Positions 39,031-52,320 of a DNA stretch of 64,000 nt are shown here, piece by piece (within the stretch, counting starts at the first letter, position 1; each line of letters starts with the position of its first letter). The DNA comes from Rhizophagus irregularis (Eukaryota). Location: positions 6,696,001 to 6,760,000 of the forward strand of contig NC_089429.1 of NCBI RefSeq assembly GCF_026210795.1, given 5' to 3'. The notes under the pieces are model-generated. The model saw nothing but the letters and a program-made list of their open reading frames with translations. It did no database searches and had not been told where the DNA came from. The translations under genes and the position numbers were made by a program.

Positions 39031-41506
39031 CGGATCTATATATAAATCCAGGCTTCGACGTGCAATATTCAATAGCAAAGAATTAATATTTGGGGACCGA
39101 AGGAAAAACTTGTATGACAAGGTATGTTATATTTAATGGATTAGTATTTTAATAATTTTAATTGCTAAAGATCATTTTAATATAACTCTAGCTGTCTGGA
39201 CGAAAGTTTCATTAGAAAAATGACGATTATAGTCATCTGATAATGATATATTGGGCTGTGATGTGTTGATATGATCCAACTTATCGATTTTTCGGTTGAT
39301 TTGAGTTAGATAATGAAGATGTTTCAATGCCAAACAATAATTTGCGATTTTATTTTATAAAGCGAGTGAAGATTGATGATTTACACCCATGAGAAATTTG
39401 GTTATAGTGAATAGTTATTGAGGGTAGAATTTAGGTATGGTGCGTCAGTTCCTTATTGAAAAATAATTTTGGATTTCACTAATGGTAAATTGTGATTTCG
39501 GAGTCTTATTGCATTGTATGTACAATATTTGCTTTTAACATTCTTTGGTATTGTAAATTATTTTTTTATTCTTTTTTATTAATATTATTTGCTTTCTTAG
39601 ATATTTTGCATGTTCCAATCCGTGGAGAATTTCGTTAAACGAAGATTTTTAATTTGGATACAAATTGGATCATGTTTTTTCAAATACCGTATGTTGTCAA
39701 TAGCATTCAATGTGTATTGAAAGAAGGATTAGTGTGGAAAATTAAATATTATTAATCAAATCTGATGGAAGTGATCACGCAGCATAATTAATACTTGCAG
39801 CAAGCAGCGGCAACTGCTGTTGTACTTTCATTAGACTGTATATAGACATCCATGAAGCAATACTATAGTACAAGCAATTGATAATTCGATAGAGCAAACT
39901 TATCATCTTCTACATATGTACTATGTTTATGTTGGATCGTTTTATGAACACCATAATGCGCCATAAAATTTCATAAGCATATGGGATTCAACAGTATGTA
40001 AATTTTATTCCACATTCTTATTATTCATTTTTTACCTTAATTACTAATAATTATTAACTATTTAATATAAGTTAAAAAAACTAATGGTCAATCATAACGA
40101 TATAAAGACTCTTGCTTGAAGCGAGATTGGCCTGATTGACCTGATTTGGATTTGCCATCGGTATTTTTGCCGTAAAAGAACAGCGATGGCCATCAGTTTT
40201 TCGCTGAAGAAAAAAGAGCAGTATAAATGCTCTTATGCGAAAATTTGGCGTAAGAGCAGTATAGTAAAATACGAGCCAACCCCTCCTGAATTTAAATCCG
40301 GAAAGAAATTAGTAAAAAGGGAATCGATTGATCTAAAATATTCATGCGTAGCATAACAAGTATGTCATTGTATATTAATTTATTAAATTAATTTAGAAAA
40401 AATGTACAATCTTATTAGAAAGTTATAGTAATTGGTATTTATTCTGAGATATCGAAGAAATATAGAATATTTGATGTATTTGATGATGTTGCCTCTTTAA
40501 CATGATATGCGATTCTCGGCAAATCCTTATTATTTTCAAGTCATTAATTGTCTTAATATTTAATATTTTAGTTGATTTTTTTTTTTAACTTCAAAGGATA
40601 TACAAACGGAGCAGATCCGACATGCATCAGTACTCGTTATTGTCATTGGTGGAGCAACGCTGGTAAACAATTGGAAAATGAAGACAAGATTACTGTATTT
40701 CTGATTTATGTAGGATTTTGTCACATCAAAACTGTCGGGATCTCTGATTACAAGAACTTCTAATTGTTATAGGCTTGTAGAAATTTGTTATCGCCAATTC
40801 TCTCTGGAAATAGATCCATGAGGAGATTTTGGTTTTCTTCTTGTCTATTTGGTTTTTTTCTAATGCGGCGGGAAATTGGGCGTTTCTTAATAATTTTCTA
40901 ATTACAGTGGGAGAATGGTTTTTTTAACAATAGTGAGAGAATGGTAAGGGTAAAATGAAAACGAAAGGGGAAAACGAAAGGAGCTGGACAAAACAAAACA
41001 TAAACATTAGGTCTCTGATAGTACAAATTTTACGTTTGATAATTTTCATTTTGAGCATAAAAATAAATAATTGTTAGTTTCTTATCATTAAACAATAGTT
41101 TCAAAATATAAGATACTTTTTAAAGATCAGTGATAATTGAGATACCAACTCTATTATGAATTAGAAGCAATAATAAATAAAATTCCTTTAGATGAATACT
41201 TTAGTTAAGATAGTAAAAATGAATCAATTTTACCTTGGTCAATTTATTAAATTCAATGCACATATGGTAATTATGGTAATGATGCTTTACAAAATCACGT
41301 ACTTAAAATTGATACGGTCAATAATATGAATGAATGGCATCAATAATTTTTTATTGTTTTCATAATGTCAGAACAACAAAAAAAGGTAATACGAGTAATT
41401 TAGTAATAATACATTGACTACACACTCTCCACCATACACTACACTTCAATAATACACCTTTACTAAATAAGATAAGGAAAATGATAATCTTCATTAATCA
41501 CCACAC

Positions 41507-43040
41507 GAAATAAATAGATCACATCCCCTATTATGCACTACCCATCAACACATATACCTACAATGAATCAAATAATAATTCACGTTACACACCAAACACA
41601 CTTGATCTACAATAACATTCTTTCATGTCGGTCAATGGAACTATTATAGATATTCTTTTTCATAATATAAAATCTTATAGGGACTTGAAGATAAAGAATT
41701 TGGTTCCTTTAATGATGTTATAGTAACCTTGCCTAATGGTTCATTACAATGATCGTGATCTTCGGTTTGTGAATGACTTTGTTAACTTCGTTTCTTTTCC
41801 ATCACGCGACTAAGAAATAAATAGATCACGTCCTCCATTATGCACTACCCATCAATTCACCTACAATGAATCAAATAATAATTCACGTTACACACCAAAC
41901 ACACTTGATCTACAATGACATTCTTTCATGTCTGTCATTGGAACTATTATAGATATTCTCTTTTTCGTAATATAAAATCTTATAGGGACTTGAAGGTAAA
42001 GCATTTGGTTCCTTTAATGGTGGTATAAACCTTGCCTAATGGTTCATTACAATGATCGTGATCTTCGGTTTGTGAATGACTTTGTTAACTTCGTTTCTTT
42101 CCCATCACGCGACTAAGAAATAAATAGATCACGTCCTCCATTATGCACTACCAATCAATTCACCTACAATGAATCAAATAATAATTCACGTTACACACCA
42201 AACACAATGACATTCTTTCATGTCGGTCATTGGAACTATTATAGATATTCTCTTTTTCGTAATATAAAATCTTATAGGGACTTGAAGGTAAAGAATTTGG
42301 TTCCTTTAATGGTGTTATAGTAACCTTGCCTAATGGTTCATTACAATGATCGTGATCTTCGGTTTGTGAATGACTTTGTTAATTTCGTTTCTTTTCCATC
42401 ACGCGACTAAGAAATAAATAGATCACGTCCTCCATTATGCACTACCCATCAATTCACCTACAATGAATCAAATAATAATTCACGTTACACACCAAACACA
42501 ATGACATTCTTTCATGTCGGTCATTGGAACTATTATAGATATTCTCTTTTTCGTAATATAAAATCTTATAGGGACTTGAAGGTAAAGAATTTGGTTCCTT
42601 TAATGGTGTTATAATAACCTTGCCTAATGGTTCATTACAATGATCGTGATCTTCGGTTTGTGAATGACTTTGTTAATTTCGTTTCTTTTCCATCACGAGA
42701 CTAAGAAATAAATAGATCACGTCCTCCATTATGCACTACCCATCAATTCACCTACAATGAATCAAATAATAATTCACGTTACACACCAAACACACTTGAT
42801 CTACAATGACATTCTTTCATGTCGGTCATTGGAACTATTATAGATATTCTCTTTTTTCGTAATATAAAATCTTATAGGGACTTGAAGGTAAAGCATTTGG
42901 TTCCTTTAATGGTGTTATAATAACCTTGACTAATGGTTCATTACAATGATCGTGATCTTCGGTTTGTGAATGACTTTGTTAGCTTCTTTCCCATCACGCG
43001 ACTAAGAAATAAATAAATCACATCCTATTATATACTACCC
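41507..43040 (+). repeat. Tandem array of five ~300-bp units plus a diverged partial unit
   Basis: gaaataaatagatcac recurs at ~41507, 41815, 42117, 42411 and 42705, with a variant at ~43006. Units are near-identical. Confidence 0.95.
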
Positions 43041-45609
43041 AACGACTCATATATCTCTTTTGACTACACAAGATAAAAAGAAAAAATACACATAATGATT
43101 CTCATTACACGCGAAACACTCTCGATACCAACTTCTTCAATAAAATTTTTTTACTATAACTATGCATGCTTTAGATAGTAATGGTTGTGGTTGATTATCT
43201 TCATATGATATTGGTTGGTAATTTGCATATGGTTGAGGCAAGGTAGCAGGGTGACGATTGCGGTTACGGTTACGGGTTGCGGTTCGCGGTTGTGGTTAGT
43301 ATAAATAAGGCAGTTGATACATTTTCCAGTATTTAATTTATATGGTGGTGATAATGGTTGTGGTTCATATAATTGCGAAAATATATATATATATAATATG
43401 AAAAAAGATAAATGTCAAGTCTAAGACAAGGTTGTATATCCACTTTTTATAATCAATCAGAAAAATTTTGATTGGCCTTCAAATAGTTGGCACTTGGCAT
43501 GTGATTATCAGATGATTCAATTTGAGATTTAGATCAAATTTTTTGAATTTTTGTGATAATAAACATGTTATTAGAGTAATGGTAATAGATAGTAATGGTA
43601 ATTTCTTTTCTGGTGGTAGTAGTTGGGTTGCAGTTGCAGCTGTTATGGTGGTAGTGATGTGGTTGTGATAGCGATTATAATGAGCATTTACAGCTAAAGT
43701 TTTATATTAATCTTTTACTTCTTGAAGTAGAATTTAATTACTTAGTTCTTTCTTTTCCTTTTATTTTATATGATTCATGAAATAGTGAATTTAGAAGGTT
43801 CTTTAAATCTTAAAATTATTAATTTAAAATCACTCTTCATTCACTTAAAGATAAAAAGACCAATTTGAATCCTATATTTCTGAATTTTGCTTTTAAACAG
43901 GTTGAAATAAATGAACCAGTTATAATATCTTTGTTTCTCCATTAATACCATCCAGTAATGTGATACCAATTGGTAAATATTTTTAAAATTCATTATTTAT
44001 TTATTAATTTTTTTTTTTTGCAATAATATATAAATTAAATAGAACTATGAACTTTTAAGAAAAAAAGTGAAAATGATATTACTGCTTTTATTTATAAAGA
44101 ATTAGAAATACAAGTTGCCATATTAAAAATTTTGCCATATAAAAGAATTTTGGGCTAAATAATGCAAGATCTGAAATTCCTATGGCTACTCCTTTAATCT
44201 TTAAACTAAAAATTGTAAAGCTGCCTTTTTAATGTTTTTGAAATATCTTTTAATAAATAAAAAATTGATTTAGATATTAGTACATTTGTCCAAAACCTTT
44301 TCATTAGATAGGTTTTGAACAAATTATATAACAAAAATTTAATTTTGGTTAGAATTATAATTAATTTTAGCTAATATTTAAATTTTAATTTAATTATTAA
44401 ATTATTTCATATCCGCCAATCTACAAAATTAATAAAATTCATCTAAAATTAAGGAATTTGACAATAATTTAATAAAAATTAGGATCACGGTATTACATGA
44501 TCATATAACAGATATCAAGAAAAAACTTCAACAAAAAGTAGTGCTAAAAATTTTTTTCTTCATAAACTCCCTATTAAACTTCCTATTAACTTCCCTATCA
44601 ACTTTTCAACCAGTTTTAACATTAAGTAAGTTGAAGAATTTTTGCAAGTATATTAGTAATTATTTATATTAGATACAACTCAGAGCTGTTTTTTTATTTT
44701 TATTTTTTATAGTTTATAGAAAAATTTATTTAGAAAGCAAAATTATTCAAAAAAATTCTTTTAATAAATAAATAACTCTAAATATTAATAACAATATTTT
44801 AGTGAATTTAGATTATGCATTGATTAGTTGTTTAATTAAATCTATTTGATATTTATTATTAATTATTTTCCAGTTAATTTTTTTTCATTAAATCATTAAA
44901 TATTCCAGATTTTATAAAGTTTTTCTTTTTTTTTTTTAATAAGCTAACTTTATAATATTTTTTTCCTTTTTTTAGAAACTCCTTCTATTGATTTTGATTT
45001 AAAGAAGTAAATATTTTGGAAAAGGTCTTGAAAGTTTTTTTTATATATTTTTTGACATTTTTTTTTATGTAGGAACAGGTTTTAATTGATTTTAATCGGT
45101 ACTACACCATATAATTAATGATTGGCAAATTTTACAAATCAGTGAATATGTAATCTTTAAATATTATTTTTAATATTATTTTGATTTTACATTAATTTTT
45201 TATTATTTAATTTATTAAATATTTACTTTTTTAATATTCTAGTATTATATTTATATTTTATTTTTAGTTTTAGTTGATGAATATTAAAACTTTTGAAAAA
45301 CTTTAAACTATTCAAAATTATATCCAAAATTATATCCAAAACTGGTTTTAAATAATCCAAAATTATCCAATTAAAAAACCAATTGGACAAATTTAAAGTC
45401 TAATATTAGATCCAGATATCCAGCTAATTTTTGTTATAAAAGATATTTAAAAAGTCTCGATAATATTTTCATATCAGTTAATGTTGCAAAATTTGATATA
45501 CTATAACATTAGTTGATTTCATTTGACTAAAGTAATAAAATTACACTTTAAAATTAATAAATAAAAAAAAAAATTTGTAAGTTAGTAGTATTATGAAAAA
45601 TATGAGTTT

Positions 45610-46366
45610 TTTTATTTTTATTTTTTTTTTAAAAAAAACTTTATTATAAATGCGATCATGTCCTATTATAATCACGCTTACTTACATATATAAACTTACA
45701 AAAAATAAGATAAACAAATACATATAAGAATTAAGCATTATGAAACAAGACTACTTTTCATAAAGAACAAGTCAACCTATCACCTAAACGATCACATTAT
45801 TGTTATCAAAGGTGACTATCATGATCTACCTAAAAATTTGCCCAATGACCGCCTCGATGGAATGCCAAATCATTCCATTTATTCCAATTACTTTCTAACA
45901 TCTTACAGCCAATATCTTTAATACCCACTTCAGTGCGTTTACTATGTGACTTAGCTTTTTTATCTTTACCGCTAATACCGCACCGCTTTTCTTCCTTTAT
46001 TTGTAACTCGTTCCTTAGTTTCCAAATAAGCACTTTGAATTCTAATAAAACTCTCCCAGTTATTTGTTTTAGTACCTTATACAACAATTTTTCTTCAATT
46101 ATCTTATAGCACCTTAATAATTCTATTAACTGACAACTGACTTGATTCTTCATTAAAAATGTAAAATCATATAAACATCCAATATCCTACATACCGAGCT
46201 CATTAATTTTACCTTTTAATTCTTGTGTATCTATATCATCTCTTGAATACTCCTGTATAATTTTAGCTAAAAAAATTTTTAATCGCTCTACACGTCATAA
46301 ATAACGTGCATGTATGATTCTTTCTTTATTAAAAAAGCTGTATGTACATACTATCGAATACAGAAT
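45610..46366 (-). mobile_element. 5'-truncated LINE copy inserted into a satellite monomer
   Basis: C-terminal IWKLRNELQIKEEKRCGIS...GGHWANF. T-rich tail at ~45607-45630. TSD aaaatatgagttt at ~45597 and ~46368. The flanks rejoin into the 185-bp monomer. Confidence 0.8.
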
Positions 46367-46553
46367 GAAAATATGAGTTTCTTTATATATATTATACTTA
46401 CAATTATAAAAAATTAATATACAAGTAGTTTTGACTTTATTAAATAACTTTTAATTAATAAAGAAAATTGATTTCATTTGATTAAAGTGGTAAAATTATT
46501 ACGCTTTAAAGTTATTAAATAAAAAAATATAAAACTTTAGAAATTAATAATAT

Positions 46554-46708
46554 GGGAGGTGGTCAGTAGAAAAAAGGAAAATCCAAATTTTGGTCAAAAT
46601 TTTTTTTTATTAGTTTACTTTGCCAATCATGATCATGAAAACAAATTAACTTAATAACTAAAAATCTTAAAATTTTTAAATTTCCCTCTTTTCTACTGAC
46701 CGCCTCCC
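46554..46708. mobile_element. 155-bp MITE with an ATAT (or TA) TSD, Sola-like
   Basis: Left TIR gggaggtggtcagtagaaaa matches the reverse complement of ttttctactgaccgcctccc. ATAT on both sides. Confidence 0.85.
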
Positions 46709-47479
46709 ATATTATAAAAAATATAATTTTCTTTATAAATTTCATTTTTAATTTATGAAATTGGTTTAATAATATATTTGAAAAAAAAGGTAAAGTTTAA
46801 AATTCAAAAAAAAAATTTATTATATATACAAAATTGTAAAGTAAAATTAATATAAAATTAAAATTATACTAAAGAATGGTACAAAAAGTGAAATTATTAA
46901 CCTAATTAAACATGGGTAATTTGAATAAAAAAAACATATACAATTTGTTTATTTTTCAAATAAATAGAAAATTGAATAAATAAGAAGTATAGTTTTCTGA
47001 TTATTAAAAATAAATAGTATTTTGTAATTATTAAATAAACAATTTTTGTTCTATTTTTATCACATATATAAATAAAAAGTAATGTGTAACTGAAAGAACC
47101 AATATGAATGGATGGCCATTGACTTACATAGTAAATAGGCAGATAATAGAATTTATAAAACTGATATGAATAGTATATAGTTCTTAGTTTTGTTCTGAAC
47201 AAATTACTGCTAGTAAAACAATTTTAAATTAACTACTGATGAATGTAAAATTAATTCATTTTATATACTATAATTTTTTTTTAAAATTAAAAGTATTATA
47301 AAATTTTCACATTATAAAATTATTCTATATAAGTGATTTTAACGCTTATTAGTGGTGAAATTCACCTAAGGTAAAGTTCACTTATATTACATAATTTATT
47401 AAAATTTAAATTGTTTTGTTTTGAAAAACTAATAATTTTATTAATAAAAATATTTATATAAAATATATAATTTAAATAT

Positions 47480-47636
47480 GGGCGCTTTGCAGTAAAAAGG
47501 GATGAAACTACTAAAAAAATTCAAATTTTCTTTTATATGCCAAAAATATTCTAAATGCTATAATTTGTTCAGATTTTATATTAACTCATTTTTTATTTTT
47601 TTTAGTAGTTTTGTTTCTTTCTACTGCAAAGTGTCC
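47480..47636. mobile_element. 157-bp MITE with an ATAT (or TA) TSD
   Basis: Imperfect ~40-bp TIRs gggcgctttgcagta...tactgcaaagtgtcc. The empty site tttaaatataataat is present in the paralogous copy at ~48201. Confidence 0.88.
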
Positions 47637-48044
47637 ATATAATAATATATTATCCCTTAAACTGTAGGGGCTAAAATTAATTTTAAAAATTTTTGAATTT
47701 TTAAAATATCTTAAGATCTAGTGATCATAGAAAAATGAAATTATATTTGTTAGATTCCTCTTATTAAAGTGCATTTAATAATAATAAAATCATAACTCTA
47801 AAATTGATAAAGAAAAAGTTATATTAATTTATAAATTTTAGATTTTATAAGTTGTCCTGTTATATAATATTTGTAGAAGGACAATTTTATTTCTATCAGA
47901 TTCAGTTCTTTTCATTAAGACGCATCAAATGGTGGTAATTTTATATTTCTAGGTTAATGGATAAAAAGATATTTAAATTTAAAAAATTTAACTACTATTT
48001 GTTATAATTTGTCAATCATTTATTTTTAAAAAATTATTAATCAA

Positions 48045-49400
48045 GACTGATTTTAACGCTCACCAGTGGTGAAATTCACCAGGGGTAAATTCACCCAAGG
48101 TAAAGTTCACCTATATTACATAATTTATTAAAATTTAAATTGTTTTGTTTTGAAAAAAATAATAATTTTATTAATAAAAATATTTATATAAAATATATAG
48201 TTTAAATATAATAATATATTATACAATAATTCATAAGTTAGTATTATTATAAAAAATGAATAAATCCTACAATATTAAGTAGATTTTATATTGCTAAACA
48301 ACTTTCAATTAATAAAGGAAGTAAATTTCATTTGACTAAAGTGGTGAAATTACACTCTAAAGTTAGTAAATGGAAAAAAGAAAAATTCGAAAGTTAGTAC
48401 CGTTATGAAAAATGTAGATTTCTCCATATGTATTATACCTACACCCATGAAAATTAATATACAAGTAGTTTCGACCTTGCTGAACAATTTTCAATTAAGT
48501 TAGAAAGTCGATTTCATTTGACTAAAATGGTGAAATTACACGCTGAAGTTAATAAACAGAAAAAAAAAAATTCGAAAGTTAGTACCGTTATGAAAAATGT
48601 AGATTTCTCCATATGTATTATACCTACACCCATGAAAATTAATATACAAGTAGTTTCAACCTTGCTGAACAATTTTCAATTAATTTAGAAAGTCGATTTC
48701 ATTTGACTAAAGTGGTGAAATTACGCTCTAAAGTTAGTAAACGGAAAAAAGAAAAATTCGAAAGTTAGTACCATTATAAAAAATGTTGGTTTCTCCATAT
48801 ATATTATACTTACACCCATGAAAATTAATATACAAGTAGTTTCGACCTTGCTGAACAATTTTCAATTAATTTAGAAAGTCGATTTCATTTGACTAAAGTA
48901 ATAAAATTACGCTCTGAAGTTAATAAATGAAAAAACAATTTTGAAAGTTAGTACCATTATGAAAAATATGGGGTTTTTTATATGTATTATACCTACACTT
49001 ATAAAAAATAATATACAAGTAGTTTTGGCTCTGTTGAACAACTTTTAATTAATAAAAGAAATTGATTTCATTTGACCAAAGTAGTGAAATTACACTCTAA
49101 AGTTATTAAATAAAAAATATAAAACTTTAGGAGTTAAACAGTTAGTAGTGTTATAAAAACACAAATTTCTCTATAAATTTCATTTCTAATTTATGAAATT
49201 GAGTTGTATGGGTTTAATAGTATGTTTGGAAAAAAAGTTACAGTTTAAAAAAATTCATAAAAAAATTTTTATTTACGTGTATGAAATTGTAAAACGTAAT
49301 ACAAACAAAATTAATATAAAACTTATAAAACTAAAATTATCATATTACTGGTGAATTTCACCAGAGGTAAATTCACCACTGGTGAATATAAAATTAATCC
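48045..49400 (+). mobile_element. Intact inner copy of satellite-carrying Mutator-like element (A) with a 9-bp TSD
   Basis: attaatcaa duplicated at 48036-48044 and 49401-49409. Imperfect TIRs built from caccagtggtgaa(a)ttcacc palindromes. Internal ~185-bp array. Confidence 0.88.
48290..49130 (-). repeat. ~185-bp tandem array (~4.5 units), homologous to the reverse complement of 4625-5720
   Basis: Anchor atttcatttg at 48325, 48511, 48696, 48882 and 49065. Confidence 0.95.
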
Positions 49401-49629
49401 ATTAATCAAATTGAACTTTTTTTTCAATTTTTACTTAGAAATTACTATAGAATTTATTACAAAAATATTGGTTTATATAATAAAATATTTTAAGGTATTT
49501 AAAAGTGTCTTTAATTAAAAAACAAAATTGCAGGCAAATTTGGCTGCAAAATAGTTTAAGGGATACAATAATTCATAAGTTAGTATTATTATAAAAAATG
49601 GGATAAATCTTACAAGTATTAAGTAGATT

Positions 49630-50655
49630 TTATACTGCTAAACAACTTTCAATTAATAAAGGAAGTAAATTTCATTTGACTAAAATGGTGAAATTACACT
49701 CTAAAGTTAGTAAATGGAAAAAAAGAAAATTCGAAAGTTAGTACCATTATGAAAAACGTAGATTTCTTCATATGTATTATACCTATACCCATAAAAATTA
49801 ATATACAAGTAGTTTCGACCTTGCTGAACAATTATCAATTAATTTAGAAAGTCGATTTCATTTGACTAAAGTGGTGAAATTACGCGCTAAAGTTAATAAA
49901 CAGAAAAAAACATTTGAAAGTTAGTACCATTATGAAAAATGTAGATTTCTCTATACGTATTATACCTATACCCATGAAAATTAATATATAAGTAGTTTCG
50001 ACCTTGCTAAACAATTATTAATTAATTTAGAAAGTCGATTTTATTTGACTAAAGTGGTGAAATTACGCGCTGAAGTTAATAAACAGAAAAAAAAAATTCA
50101 AAAGTTAATACCGTTATGAAAAATGTAGATTTCTCCATATATATTATACCTACACCCATAAAAATTAATATACAAGTAGTTTCGACCTTGCTGAACAATT
50201 ATCAATTAATTTAGAAAGTCGATTTCATTTAACTAAAGTGGTGAAATTACGCTCTAAAATTAGTAAACAGAAAAAAGAAAAATTTAAAAGTTAGTACCGT
50301 TATGAAAAATGTTGGTTTCTCTATATGTATTATACCTACACCCATGAAAATTAATATACACGTAGTTTCGGCCTTGCTGAACAATTATTAATTAATTTAG
50401 AAAGTCAATTTCATTTGACTAAAGTGGTGAAATTACGCTCTGAAGTTAATAAATAAAAAAAAAATTTGAAAGTTAGTACCATTATGAAAAATATGGGTTC
50501 TTTATATGTATTATACCTATACTTATAAAAAATAATATACAAGTAGTTTTGGCTCTGTTGAATAACTTTTAATTAATAAAAGAAGTTGATTTCATTTGAC
50601 TAAAGTAGTGAAATTACACTCTAAAGTTATTAAATAAAAAATATAAAACTTTAGG
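49630..50655 (-). repeat. ~185-bp tandem array (~5.5 units)
   Basis: Same anchor (with variants) at ~49669, 49855, 50038, 50222, 50408 and 50589. Confidence 0.95.
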
Positions 50656-50943
50656 AGTTAGACAGTTAGTAGTATTATAAAAAACACAAATTTCTTTATA
50701 AATTTCATTTCTAATTTATGAAATTGAGTTGTATGGGTTTAATAGTATGTTTGGAAAAAAAGTTACAGTTTAAAAAAATTCATAAAAAATTTTTATTTAC
50801 ATATATGAAATTGTAAAACGTAATACAAATAAAATTAATATAAAACTAAAATTATCATATTACTGATGAATTTCACCAGAGATGAAATTTACCACCTGGT
50901 GAATTAATTTTAAATTAACCAATGGTGAATATAAAATTAATCC

Positions 50944-51055
50944 TAATAAAATTATTAGTTTTTTTAAAACAAAACAATTTAAATTTTAATAAATTATGTA
51001 ATAGGTGAACTTTACTTTGGGTGAATTTCACTACTGGTGAGCGTTAAAATCACTC
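50944..51055 (-). mobile_element. Inverted left-end fragment of element A
   Basis: Reverse complement gagtgattttaacgctcaccagtagtgaaattcaccc...aattttatta matches 48045-48172. Confidence 0.85.
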
Positions 51056-51094
51056 TATAAATAATTATTTAATATTTAATTTAATTATTTTTAA

Positions 51095-52320
51095 CTTTTT
51101 TTTTTTATAAATGTAATCTTGTCATTATATTATAATTATGCTTCTTATATTAAACTTATATAAATAAGAAAAATAAAATATATATAAGAATTAAGTATTA
51201 TAATTTATAAGATATGACTACTTTTCTGAGAAAAAGATCAACCTATCACCTATGCAGTTATATTACAATTACAAACAGTAATACAACCAAAATCTTTAAA
51301 TAACTTAACTTTAGCCAAAGTTTGTATTTTTTTTTCTAACTAAAAACTAGCTATACATAATAAATACTGTTAGATGTAAAATGTTTAAGGAAATTTTATT
51401 TTAAAAGATTAAAAAAAAGGATACAACTTGACAGAAAAAATAAATGAACTTAAAACAATAAGTCTATTTTTAATCTAATAAATAGCTGGATGAATTTTCT
51501 TGAACTTTTCATTTATGTTTAGCGGTCTTAGTTTCTATTAATTTTTCTATCCTTTTATCATACTATTGGTTAATAATATTTATATCAAAAATTATATTAT
51601 CATTTATATATTTCAATTCTAACTGTTCTACTTTATCAATTGGAAATAATTTTTTATATATAAAAGTCTTTTTTATGTAAATTAATGTATTGTATAGAAA
51701 TCATCTTTATTATATATATAGTTGAGAATAATTTTTTGATTCAAACTGTTGAAAGAATAATGATTTGCAACTTTATTATTTAAATATATAAGGTTGTTTA
51801 ACTTGATGAACTGTTCTTTTAAAATCAATTTTTTAGGTTTTAAAATATAGTGAAATAGGCAAAAAGCTGGTAGTAAATTATCATTATTAAGTAATCTCCA
51901 CTTATTCATATTATTGGCTATACCTTTAACTCATCTTTTTATAAATAAATCCACTTTTTTTGTACCAGAATTTAATTCTTGTTCTTTATATTTAGAATAA
52001 ACTATTTAGTACTACTTTTATGTCTTTTATAAGGCCTTTTTCCTTTATATACAAGTTGTTTTAAATAACTAATTTCTTGATATCAGTATTGAATAAATCT
52101 ATTACACCTTACTGCATTTGTTCTCATTAAATACTACTTTTGCTATAGCTAATGGAACTTTAAGAGGGGATTGAATAACCTGTTTAATAAACTTTTCTAT
52201 TGTTTGATAGTATAATAGCATATAATTGTAAATAAAAGTTACATCATCAGGAGAATAAAATAAGCGTAGATCTATAAAATAATACATATGTGAAAAACTA
52301 CACAAATCTACACCATTTGT
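51095..52320 (-). mobile_element. Heavily mutated LINE 3' fragment
   Basis: T-run at ~51095 and a 3' UTR similar to 45640-45790 (aagaattaag...gactactttt...caacctatcaccta). Coding remnants are riddled with stops. Confidence 0.6.

Larger units (their letters stand above)
47654..49562. mobile_element. Non-autonomous CMC/EnSpm-type element (B) with CCC...GGG termini and a 2-bp TSD
   Basis: Termini cccttaaact...agtttaaggg with AT duplicated. The empty site aatatattatacaataattc is seen at ~48213. Confidence 0.85.
47331..50943 (+). mobile_element. Outer copy of satellite-carrying non-autonomous Mutator-like element (A), interrupted by two insertions
   Basis: 47331-47653 plus 49565-50943 is collinear with the intact inner copy 48045-49400. 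No TSD found for this copy. Confidence 0.8.

Noticed and set aside
41507..43040. Tandem exon duplication on the minus strand, or a 5S rDNA array
   Set aside because: All three frames after the candidate acceptor hit stops, and no 5S motifs were recognised.
43170..43680. GGTT-rich tract as telomeric repeat
   Set aside because: Irregular and not (TTAGGG)n; more like a Gln/Pro-rich coding remnant on the minus strand.
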